Assembly (NCBI GenBank): GCA_028687915.1
Contig: JAQTZF010000001.1
Span: forward strand, 482,634 to 546,633
Direction of reading: 5' to 3'
Origin: Candidatus Daviesbacteria bacterium
GTDB lineage: Bacteria; Patescibacteriota; Microgenomatia; Daviesbacterales; UBA10151
Length of the DNA: 64,000 bases
In this document: piece after piece, positions 19,576-28,058 of the stretch
How positions within the stretch are numbered: position 1 is the stretch's first letter
How the letters are laid out: the number at the start of each line of letters is the position of its first letter
The notes under the pieces: model-generated
What the model was told of the DNA's origin: nothing
The model's input: the letters and a program-made list of their open reading frames with translations, nothing else
The model's database searches: none
Made by a program: the position numbers and the translations under genes

Positions 19576-20748
19576 TTATATCATTTTGAAAACTTTTGTA
19601 TATGTATTTCCTTCTAAATCATGAGCAGCTACCCCAAAGTTTTTGTTTTTATCTTCAGGTAATAATTTGTATTCCCAGGTATCCTCACTTATTTTAAATA
19701 AGGGTTTCCAGGAATAAATATTTTTACTGTATTTGATAGCTAAAAAAGGCTGTTTGTTAAATAAAGTTTTATTAGTTTTAATGTTAATTTTTTCATTACT
19801 TTTTTTAATATTAAGCTTTAATGGTTTTATAGAAGAAATATTTTGAAATTGTTTGATTGCATCTTTTCCTGATTTATAAAAGAATTTAATTTTTTCTTTC
19901 TTTGAGTATTTTGATATCCACTCCATTACCTTGGTAAAATCTTGTTCTCTATCACGAAAATCATGATCAAAAAGAGAAAGGATAATATCAGAGCCTTTTT
20001 TGGCGTCTGCAAAAGCTTTTGCAATCTCTTCTTCGGTAATAATATTAACATTTGATTTAATATCTAAAGACCTGACAACTAGTCGCTTCATATCTCCTGG
20101 TTTAGTAAGGTCAGCATTTGAAGGGTGATAAGGCACCCAACTATTTGGTGCTTTATGCCATGGAAGTATATCTATTAATTTACTTCCATCAGCTTCAATT
20201 TTCTTCCAATTGATATGATCTCCGTTTCTATTAGAATAATCATAAGGAATCCATTGTTCTAACCAATTAGATTGATCAGTGTCTTCTATTGTACCTCCAG
20301 CCCGATAAGTAATAGGGAAAAAATTACAATCAATAATAAATCTGCATAATTGATTTTCGTATTCACGATTAGTAAACCAATCTGTGCCCCATTCATTACC
20401 GATTCCAGAAATAGAAGCATGATGATAATGCCAACCAATTTCATCACCATATTTTTTTATTTCTTTGCCCCAAGTTTTTAGATAGTGATCATAAACTTTA
20501 TGGTATCCAAAATCATGTTGAATTGGGTTAGTACGAAATCCAGTCCAATTTAACATAAACCATGTAAAAACGGCAGGATTGTTATTACTGTCAGGGAAAG
20601 AATAACGAAATTTATCAGAGAAAACTTTAGACAAAAAAATTCTATCAATATCTTTCCAATTGCCAATAAGCTGAGAGGGAAATTGATAGTTAGGATCAGT
20701 AAAAGGCCCTTCCGTATCAATACAAAAAACAACAAAAACTCTGCCCAT
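19576..20748 (-). CDS. Polysaccharide deacetylase/WalW-like metallo-barrel protein, function unknown
   Basis: CIDTEGP, FTWF, EIGWHYHH, TYRAGG and HDFRD match the D-x-E / H-x-H / R-x-G pattern of NodB-like barrels. Confidence 0.55.
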   Translation of the reverse strand: MGRVFVVFCIDTEGPFTDPNYQFPSQLIGNWKDIDRIFLSKVFSDKFRYSFPDSNNNPAVFTWFMLNWTGFRTNPIQHDFGYHKVYDHYLKTWGKEIKKYGDEIGWHYHHASISGIGNEWGTDWFTNREYENQLCRFIIDCNFFPITYRAGGTIEDTDQSNWLEQWIPYDYSNRNGDHINWKKIEADGSKLIDILPWHKAPNSWVPYHPSNADLTKPGDMKRLVVRSLDIKSNVNIITEEEIAKAFADAKKGSDIILSLFDHDFRDREQDFTKVMEWISKYSKKEKIKFFYKSGKDAIKQFQNISSIKPLKLNIKKSNEKINIKTNKTLFNKQPFLAIKYSKNIYSWKPLFKISEDTWEYKLLPEDKNKNFGVAAHDLEGNTYTKVFKMI

Positions 20749-20751
20749 TTA

Positions 20752-21537
20752 TTATTTGCTCCAGCCTGGATCCCAAAGTTGTCTGGTATAACCAGCATCT
20801 ACTATTAAATTTGTACCTGTGATTGCATTGGCTCTCTTTGAAAGAAAAAATAAAACAGGATCAGCTATTTCAATTGGTTCGACACTTCGTCCTAATGGAG
20901 TTCTTGCTTCAAAGCGTCGTAGAATTTCTTTAGGTTTTGGGTCTACGTATTGTGCTTTATTTTTTTCTGTATTGACGTTACCTGGCGATACCATGTTTAC
21001 TCTAATATTATAGGGAGCAAGTTCCATGGCATAAGCGACTGTTTTCCCCCACAAATCGCCTTTTGCAGAAGTATACAAAACCACATCCTGTGCTGCCATG
21101 ATAGTTTCGATAGACCCAATATTAACTATTGATCCACCATTTTTCATTCGGCGATAAGAGAATTCAGTTAAAACAAGAGCTGTTTCAGAATGAGCAGTCA
21201 TCATCTTGCGAAATGATCGTATGCTTCTTCCACCATGACTTGAGTCAGAACCTAATAATCCTGCATTGTTTACCAGTCCATCAAGATTGGTAACATGACC
21301 AAGAGTTAGATGCACCAAGTCTTCATTTGCAGCGTCGCTTGAAAAAAATTCATAATCATGGCCAATTTTTAAAGAAGAATCTCTTAATCTCTGTTCTAGC
21401 TCTGATCCCTGAAAATCTTTTAAATCAATGCCGATAGGACTTGCGCCCTCTTTAAGAAGTTCTTCAAATATACAAGATCCAATCCCACTTGCAGCTCCTG
21501 ATACAATTATTGTTTTATTTTTTAGTTCTAGGTTCAT
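20752..21537 (-). CDS. Classical SDR oxidoreductase
   Basis: SGAASGIG, VNNAG, NIGS, YTSAK, VNMVSPG, ITG..L.VD.G. Confidence 0.92.
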   Translation of the reverse strand: MNLELKNKTIIVSGAASGIGSCIFEELLKEGASPIGIDLKDFQGSELEQRLRDSSLKIGHDYEFFSSDAANEDLVHLTLGHVTNLDGLVNNAGLLGSDSSHGGRSIRSFRKMMTAHSETALVLTEFSYRRMKNGGSIVNIGSIETIMAAQDVVLYTSAKGDLWGKTVAYAMELAPYNIRVNMVSPGNVNTEKNKAQYVDPKPKEILRRFEARTPLGRSVEPIEIADPVLFFLSKRANAITGTNLIVDAGYTRQLWDPGWSK

Positions 21538-21583
21538 GTAGAGATTGACTTTTGCGTTATTTTATCATAAAACATTAAATACA

Positions 21584-22636
21584 ATGATAATCAAAATTAG
21601 TAAGAATAAAATAGGAAAAGGAAACTCTATATTTATAATTGCAGAAGCTGGGGTAAACCATAATGGTAAACTTGATCTGGCTTTAAAATTAGTTGATGTT
21701 GCAGCAAGTGCTGGTGCAGATGCAGTGAAATTTCAAACTTTTAAAGCTGAACAAGTAGTTACAGATAAAGGTGAAATGGCTGATTACCAAAAAAAGAATT
21801 TGGGAAAAGTTGAATCCCAACAAGAGATGCTAAAGAAGCTGGAACTACATGAAGAATTTTACCAGCCAATTATAAAAAGATGTAAAGAAAGAAAGATTAT
21901 GTTTCTTTCTACACCTCATGGTGGAGTTGAAAGCGTAGATTTTTTGGAGAGTTTAGGAGTGGAGGCTTTTAAGGTTGGTTCTGGGGATTTAACTAATTAT
22001 CTATTATTGAACAGACTAGCGAGAACTCATAAACCTGTAATTTTAAGTTCAGGAATGGCAACTTTGAAAGAAGTGATTAACGCTGTGGATTTTATTAAGA
22101 GTAAAGGATGTAAGCAATTAGCAATGCTTCATTGCACAACTGATTACCCTTGTCCTCCGGAAAAAGTAAATATGGCATCAATGGTTACAATGATGAAAAA
22201 ATTAGATATACCAGTGGGTTATTCTGACCATACTCAGGGTAATAGTGCAGCTATTATGGCAACAACGCTAGGTGCAACTATTTATGAATGTCATTTTACG
22301 GTAAATAAAAAGTTACCAGGACCGGATCACATTGCTTCAGCCAGTCCTGAAGAACTTAAGGTTAGAATAAATAGTATTCGAGAGGTTGAAATAATGATGG
22401 GGAATGCAAAAAAGATTCCTAATGAAAGTGAAATAAAATTAATTAATATTGTAAGAAGAAGCTTGGTGGCAGCATCTGATTTATCAAAGGGACATAAATT
22501 AACAATCCAGGACTTAGAGGCGAAAAGACCCGGGGATGGTATCTCTCCATCTAAATATGAACAATTTTTGGGAAAGATTTTAAAAAAATCAATACAAAAA
22601 AATCAACAAATTAAAAACTCCGATATTAAGCACTAG
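21584..22636 (+). CDS. neuB: Nonulosonic acid synthase (NeuB/LegI family) with C-terminal SAF/AFP-like domain
   Basis: IIAEAGVNHNG, GADAVKFQTF, LHC...YP, GYSDHT, GPDH, RRSL, KRPGDGI. ATG at 21584. Confidence 0.95.
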   Translation: MIIKISKNKIGKGNSIFIIAEAGVNHNGKLDLALKLVDVAASAGADAVKFQTFKAEQVVTDKGEMADYQKKNLGKVESQQEMLKKLELHEEFYQPIIKRCKERKIMFLSTPHGGVESVDFLESLGVEAFKVGSGDLTNYLLLNRLARTHKPVILSSGMATLKEVINAVDFIKSKGCKQLAMLHCTTDYPCPPEKVNMASMVTMMKKLDIPVGYSDHTQGNSAAIMATTLGATIYECHFTVNKKLPGPDHIASASPEELKVRINSIREVEIMMGNAKKIPNESEIKLINIVRRSLVAASDLSKGHKLTIQDLEAKRPGDGISPSKYEQFLGKILKKSIQKNQQIKNSDIKH

Positions 22637-22682
22637 CATTCATTAAAAGACATATATATAATCTGTCCAATAAGTAAATTCC

Positions 22683-23831
22683 ATGGGAAAAAGAAAGATT
22701 GCATATGTTTCTGGCACCAGAGCAGATTATGGTTTAATGACTCCGATACTTCGGGCTGTAGCAAATAGTTTTAAATTAGATCTCCAGCTTTATGTTACAG
22801 GTATTCATTTGATGCCAAAATTTGGAGAAACTGCAATCTTTGTTGAAAAAGAATTTCCATCAACAAAAAGAATTAAATCAATTTTTAAAACAGATGAGAG
22901 ATTTAGTATGGTTGGTTTTTCAGGAGAGTATATTAATTTATTAAATAAAATTTTTCAAAAAAACCGACCTGATATGGTCTTGATTTTAGGGGACAGAATA
23001 GAAATGCTTTGTACAGCAATGGTTTGTCTATATTTAGGGATTCCTACTGCACATATTCATGGTGGTGAGAAGACTTATGCTGTGGATGAGGTGACACGTC
23101 ATGCAATTACCAAGATAAGTAGCTTACATTTTCCAGCAACAAAAGAGTCTGCAGAAAGAATTATAAAAATGGGAGAAGAAAAATGGCGTGTACATGTAGT
23201 TGGTGCACCTGCTTTGGATATTATTTTAAATAAAAAATTACCAACAAAAAAAGATATTTTTAAGACGATTGGATTGGACCCAAAACAACAATTTATTTTA
23301 ATTACTCAGCATCCTGTTAGTGAAGAAATAGCTATTGCAGCTCAACAGATGAGAGAAACTCTTGAAGCAGCCAAAAGTTTTAATATGCCAATTATAATTA
23401 CATATCCTCATTCTGACCCAGGAGGAAGAAGGATTATTGAGGTTATAGAAAAATATAAGAATAATCCATTGTTCCATATCTTCCCAAGTATTAAATATGA
23501 AAGTTTCTTAGCATTAGAAAGAGAGGCAGCAGTTTGGATAGGTAACAGCAGTGGGGCAATGATTGAGTCATCTTCTTTTAAAACACCTGTTGTGAATATC
23601 GGGACAAGACAAATCGGAAGACAGCGAGGAAAAAATGTTATTGATGTAAGTTATAATCGTGAAGAAATTGTAAAAGCTATTAAAAAATCCTTGACGGATA
23701 AGTCTTATCTTGCTAAGCTGCAAACTATCAAAAACCTCTGGGGTGATGGTAAAACAGGACCAAGGGTTGCCAGGATTTTGGAAGAGGTTGAGATTAATTC
23801 AAAACTGCTCACAAAACAAATAACATACTAA
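22683..23831 (+). CDS. neuC: UDP/GDP-HexNAc 2-epimerase (hydrolysing)
   Basis: GTRADYG, TG.HL, LGDRIE, HIHGGE, RHAITK, GNSS, IGTRQ.GR, GDG. Confidence 0.93.
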   Translation: MGKRKIAYVSGTRADYGLMTPILRAVANSFKLDLQLYVTGIHLMPKFGETAIFVEKEFPSTKRIKSIFKTDERFSMVGFSGEYINLLNKIFQKNRPDMVLILGDRIEMLCTAMVCLYLGIPTAHIHGGEKTYAVDEVTRHAITKISSLHFPATKESAERIIKMGEEKWRVHVVGAPALDIILNKKLPTKKDIFKTIGLDPKQQFILITQHPVSEEIAIAAQQMRETLEAAKSFNMPIIITYPHSDPGGRRIIEVIEKYKNNPLFHIFPSIKYESFLALEREAAVWIGNSSGAMIESSSFKTPVVNIGTRQIGRQRGKNVIDVSYNREEIVKAIKKSLTDKSYLAKLQTIKNLWGDGKTGPRVARILEEVEINSKLLTKQITY

Positions 23832-25357
23832 TGCATGATAATTTTAAAAATTGGAAACTGCCTAAATTTAATAAATCTGGTATGACTAGATGGAATTGGA
23901 TGTGCCAGTATTCAGAAAATCTAAAATTGGGTAAAAATACAGACATAGGTGCATTCACTTATATAAATGCTAATTTCGGGGTTGATATAGAGGATTATGT
24001 AGAAATCGGGTCTGGTTGCAGTATTTATTCCAACAATACAATTGATGAAATAACTGGCAAAGTTATCATTAAAAAAAATGCTAAAATTGGAACTCATTGT
24101 ACTATTATGCCTGGAGTGACAATAGGAGAAAATGCAGTTATTGGTGCATATAGTTTTGTTAAAAATAATATTCCTGCAAATAGTGTAGCCTATGGTGTTC
24201 CTGCTAAAGTTATAAAAAAAGCAGCTGTTTCTGATGGCAAAATACAAATTGCTAAGCCCTATATTGATGATGAAGACAAGAAAGCTGTAATGGATGTATT
24301 AGAATCTGGTTGGCTTTCTTTGGGGCCAAAATATAAAGAGTTTGAACAAAACATGGCCTCATATGTTGGAACAAAGTATGCTTGTGCTGTCTCAAGTGGA
24401 ACATCAGGACTTCATCTGGCAGTAATAGCTTTAGGTTTAAAAGAGGGTGATGAGGTTATTACTACACCTTTCTCTTTTGTAGCATCATCGAATTGCCTTT
24501 TATATGAAAAAGTTAAACCAGTGTTTGTAGATATAGAAGAAGAAACTTTTAATTTAGACCCGGATAAAATTGAATCAGCAATTACAAAAAAAACAAAAGC
24601 AATTTTGGTAGTACATATTTTTGGCCAATCTGCACGAATGGATAAAATAATGAAAATTGCCAGAAAATATAAGTTAAAAGTAATTGAAGATTCTTGTGAA
24701 AGTTTAGGTGCCAGGTTTCAAGATAAGATGACAGGAACCTTTGGTGACATTGGTGTATATTCTTTTTATCCAAATAAGCAAATGACAACAGGTGAGGGGG
24801 CGGTAATTGTAACTAACTCAAAGCGGCTTTATGAATTATGTGATAGTTTAAGAAATCAGGGTAGAGGTCTTAGAGAATCTAAAAAAGGGAAGGATTGGGA
24901 TTGGTTGATGAGTGAGAGGTTAGGTTATAACTACCGGATGGATGAGATGAGTGCAGCACTAGGAATTACTCAGCTAAAAAAAATAGATTCGATGATAGAG
25001 AAAAGACGAAGGATCGTTGGGCTTTATAAAAAACATCTAGAAGATATAAAAAACCTGATTATTCCCACTGTAGGTAAAGATAGAACTCATACCTGGTTTG
25101 TTTATGTTATTCAGGTAATAAATGGTAAAAGGGATCAATTGATGAGTGACTTATCTTCCGCGGGGATTCAAGTTAGGCCTTATTTACCAGCGATTCATTT
25201 ACAAAAGTTTATGAAAAAGATGTTTGGTTTTAAAAAGGGTGATTTTCCAGTTTGTGAAAAGATTTCTTCACAAACGCTAGCAATCCCTTTTTATATTGGT
25301 TTAGATGAAGATAATATTAAATATATTGCAGCAAGGATTAGAAAAATACTTAAATGA
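23831..25357 (+). CDS. Fused hexapeptide-repeat acetyltransferase + DegT/DnrJ/EryC1/StrS sugar aminotransferase
   Basis: Residues ~1-130 carry hexapeptide repeats (IMPGVTIGENAVIGA, YGVPAK). The remainder has SSGTSGLH, IEDSCE, SFYPNKQMTTGEG and GYNYRM. Confidence 0.92.
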   Translation: MHDNFKNWKLPKFNKSGMTRWNWMCQYSENLKLGKNTDIGAFTYINANFGVDIEDYVEIGSGCSIYSNNTIDEITGKVIIKKNAKIGTHCTIMPGVTIGENAVIGAYSFVKNNIPANSVAYGVPAKVIKKAAVSDGKIQIAKPYIDDEDKKAVMDVLESGWLSLGPKYKEFEQNMASYVGTKYACAVSSGTSGLHLAVIALGLKEGDEVITTPFSFVASSNCLLYEKVKPVFVDIEEETFNLDPDKIESAITKKTKAILVVHIFGQSARMDKIMKIARKYKLKVIEDSCESLGARFQDKMTGTFGDIGVYSFYPNKQMTTGEGAVIVTNSKRLYELCDSLRNQGRGLRESKKGKDWDWLMSERLGYNYRMDEMSAALGITQLKKIDSMIEKRRRIVGLYKKHLEDIKNLIIPTVGKDRTHTWFVYVIQVINGKRDQLMSDLSSAGIQVRPYLPAIHLQKFMKKMFGFKKGDFPVCEKISSQTLAIPFYIGLDEDNIKYIAARIRKILK

Positions 25358-26346
25358 GTAACTTTAAAGCTCTTTTCAAAAATAAAAAAATCTTAGTAAC
25401 AGGAGGAACTGGTTCTATTGGCAGTGAGATTGTTAGACAATTAATTAACTTTAATCCAAAACAGATAAGAATTTATTCTCGTGATGAATCTAAGCAATAT
25501 CACTTGCAGCATGACCTAAATTATTTTACTCACAACAAAGATGTACTCCGTTTTTTAATTGGTGATATTAGAGATAAAGATAGATTAGACAGAGCTTTTA
25601 ATGATATAGATATTGTTTTTCATGCAGCTGCTTTAAAACATGTTCCTTTTTGTGAAGACAATCCTTTTGAAGCAACGAAAACTAATGTACATGGAACACA
25701 AAATGTTTTGGATTTAGCAATTAATCACAGTGTTGAAAAAGTAATTGCAATTTCCTCTGATAAAGCGGTTAATCCAAATACTTTTATGGGAATTACAAAA
25801 TTAATGATGGAAAGGATGGTAATAGCAGCAGCTAATTATTCAGGTCAAACTAAGACGAAATTTGCAGCAGTACGTTTTGGAAATGTAATAAATTCAAGAG
25901 GTTCGGTAATTCCGTTGTGGATTGATCAAATAAAGAAAGGTGGCCCTGTTACTGTAACTGATAAAAAAATGGAAAGATATTTTATGACAATAAAAGATGC
26001 GGTAGATCTTATTTTTTTATCAACATCCAAAATGCTGGGAAGTGAAATATTTGTTCTAAAAATGCCAAAATATAATATTTATGAGTTAGCACAAGAAGTA
26101 ATAAATCGATATGGGAATGGCAAAAAAATTGCAATAAAAATCACAGGAGTAAGAAAGAGAGAAAAATTGGATGAGAGATTGTTTACAGATGAAGAAGAAC
26201 AGTTAATAATTGATTCCGGACTTTTTAATATTATACAGCCAAGTCCAGAAGAATATAAAAAACGTTTATTAAAATATAAAGTTGGTAAAAAAATGAATAG
26301 CACAAAAACCTCAGATATCTTTGATTCTCTTCCAAAACTAGGTTAA
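25354..26346 (+). CDS. UDP-GlcNAc 4,6-dehydratase (CapD/PglF/CapE family, soluble)
   Basis: TGGTGSIG, HAAALKHV, SSDKAVNP..FMGITK, RFGNV..SRGSVIP. Confidence 0.9.
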   Translation: MSNFKALFKNKKILVTGGTGSIGSEIVRQLINFNPKQIRIYSRDESKQYHLQHDLNYFTHNKDVLRFLIGDIRDKDRLDRAFNDIDIVFHAAALKHVPFCEDNPFEATKTNVHGTQNVLDLAINHSVEKVIAISSDKAVNPNTFMGITKLMMERMVIAAANYSGQTKTKFAAVRFGNVINSRGSVIPLWIDQIKKGGPVTVTDKKMERYFMTIKDAVDLIFLSTSKMLGSEIFVLKMPKYNIYELAQEVINRYGNGKKIAIKITGVRKREKLDERLFTDEEEQLIIDSGLFNIIQPSPEEYKKRLLKYKVGKKMNSTKTSDIFDSLPKLG

Positions 26347-26354
26347 CATTTATT

Positions 26355-27917
26355 TTAATTATAACGTTTTAAAAGGTTACTTACTTTTAACAGTATCTTT
26401 AATAGGAATGGGTATTGATTATTAATTGAAATAAATCCTTTTGTTGTTATGATGATAGAAATAATATAATCAAAGATCCCCAAGGTTATTCCCAATAATA
26501 AAATAATCAAACTGTAGATAATTCCGGTAATCAAAAATTGAATGAAGCCTTTTGGTGAAAACCCACTTAATTGAACTAATAAATATAAACTTAGTGAGAA
26601 TAACAACATAATTGTATAAAGTTTTACTGGTAGGTGAATACTTATTTCGTGTCGGATAATTCTAATAAACAAAATAATTGATAATAAATATATTAATGTA
26701 CTCGCGATGGCGACTCCTATTATTCCATAAAGATTAATTAATACAACGCTTATAATAATATTTGTTACTGCAATTATTAATGATGCTCTCATCCTTTCTT
26801 TAATTTTTCCCATTCCACAGGTAATAGTTGTTAAATAGCTTGATAATAAGGCAAGAATGGCTCCAAAAGCCATGATTCTTAATGGTGTTTCAATAAGACC
26901 AACCCACTTTACTCCAAATATTAGTTGAGTTGTCGCGGAAGGGAAAAGCATTATAAATAAAGAAAAATAAAAGCCCACAAATGAAATAATTTTTATACTA
27001 TTGCTTAACAGCTCACTCATCTTAACTTTTTCACCTTCCATAAGATGTGAAACTAAGGGAAGTAGTAAATTATTAATAGGGGAAAGAAATATACTGGGAA
27101 TTGATATTAAAGGAACAATGATATTATAAATACCCACTTCTCTAACATTTTTAAATAATGTTAAGAAAAAATTATCAGTGAAAGTAATAAAGGTATATAT
27201 GGATGTAGTGATTAATGTTGGTATGGCAAACTTAAGCATAGTGGAAAATAACTTTTTATCCCAGACTAATCTTTTTTCTCCAAATGAAGAGTTTTTATTT
27301 AATAGATATGTATAAATGATGGAACAGATTATGTGAGCTAAGGCCCATGAAAGAGCAAAGAATATAATATTAGAATAATCAAAAATAATAAAAAATATGG
27401 AAAAGATTAATGCAAGTAATAATCTGGAAAATTGAATAGAGGAATAGTATTTTTCCTGTTGTAGACCAGTGAACATCTTATATAAAGCCTCCAAGAAGCT
27501 GTTGGCAATAAAATAAATACAAAACAAATAAATTAGAGTTTGTGCTTCCGGTACTTTGAAATAATTAATGCTTAACCATGGTGCAATAAGGACTAGTAAT
27601 AATGTCAGAATAATTGATGTTCCAACCTCAATAATTTGTGCATATTTATAGATCATCCAACTCTGTTCAAAATCACCTTGCTTTATTAGTTTTGGCACAA
27701 GGTATGTGACGCTATAGCCGAACCCTAAATCTTTATAGGTAGTAAGAATTCCAAAGAAAGCCAATAAGGCGTAAAATAAACCATACATTTCAATTGATAA
27801 ATTATTAGAATATATTATTCGTAATACATACCCGAGAGGAGATGTTAATAGAGAGAAAAAAAGAACAGTTGAAGTGCCTCTAAAAATTCTGTTAGACAAG
27901 TTTTCTTTATTTTGCAT
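26355..27917 (-). CDS. wzx: Wzx/MOP-family oligosaccharide flippase
   Basis: About 14 TM segments; YG.F, DLGF, FAIP, TD.F.L...EVG.Y and LLP.VS motifs. ATG at 27917 (alternative TTG at 27941). Confidence 0.88.
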   Translation of the reverse strand: MQNKENLSNRIFRGTSTVLFFSLLTSPLGYVLRIIYSNNLSIEMYGLFYALLAFFGILTTYKDLGFGYSVTYLVPKLIKQGDFEQSWMIYKYAQIIEVGTSIILTLLLVLIAPWLSINYFKVPEAQTLIYLFCIYFIANSFLEALYKMFTGLQQEKYYSSIQFSRLLLALIFSIFFIIFDYSNIIFFALSWALAHIICSIIYTYLLNKNSSFGEKRLVWDKKLFSTMLKFAIPTLITTSIYTFITFTDNFFLTLFKNVREVGIYNIIVPLISIPSIFLSPINNLLLPLVSHLMEGEKVKMSELLSNSIKIISFVGFYFSLFIMLFPSATTQLIFGVKWVGLIETPLRIMAFGAILALLSSYLTTITCGMGKIKERMRASLIIAVTNIIISVVLINLYGIIGVAIASTLIYLLSIILFIRIIRHEISIHLPVKLYTIMLLFSLSLYLLVQLSGFSPKGFIQFLITGIIYSLIILLLGITLGIFDYIISIIITTKGFISINNQYPFLLKILLKVSNLLKRYN

Positions 27918-28017
27918 AAGGAAGATAAAATTTTTACTCAAATATTAATTAAATATATTTATAATTTAACCTATGAAAGTTATGTTAACATATCAATAAC
28001 TATCTTAACAGCTCGTG

Positions 28018-28026
28018 TGATATAAT
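28018..28026 (+). promoter_or_regulatory. Extended -10 promoter element TGATATAAT
   Basis: Perfect TGnTATAAT in the divergent intergenic region, 32 nt before ATG 28059. Confidence 0.5.
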
Positions 28027-28058
28027 CGTCGAATTGGAAGTGTAGTAGTTTATAAAAT

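Noticed and set aside
17952-21537. Inverted cassette as a recombinase-driven invertible switch or RiPP/antibiotic cluster
   Set aside because: No flanking inverted repeats, recombinase or precursor peptide were found, and its 3' end overlaps the neuA stop.
21584-26346. Pseudaminic acid (pse) or plain sialic acid pathway
   Set aside because: No PseG or GNAT-type PseH, a hydrolysing NeuC is present and the dehydratase lacks the PseB Tyr. The dehydratase and aminotransferase are not needed for Neu5Ac.
10143-27992. GTTATGTTAAC shared by two divergent spacers (10143-10153, 27979-27989) and the 12-bp palindrome TATGTTAACATA at 27981
   Set aside because: An 11-mer match is plausible by chance in AT-rich intergenic DNA, and no regulator gene is present in the window.
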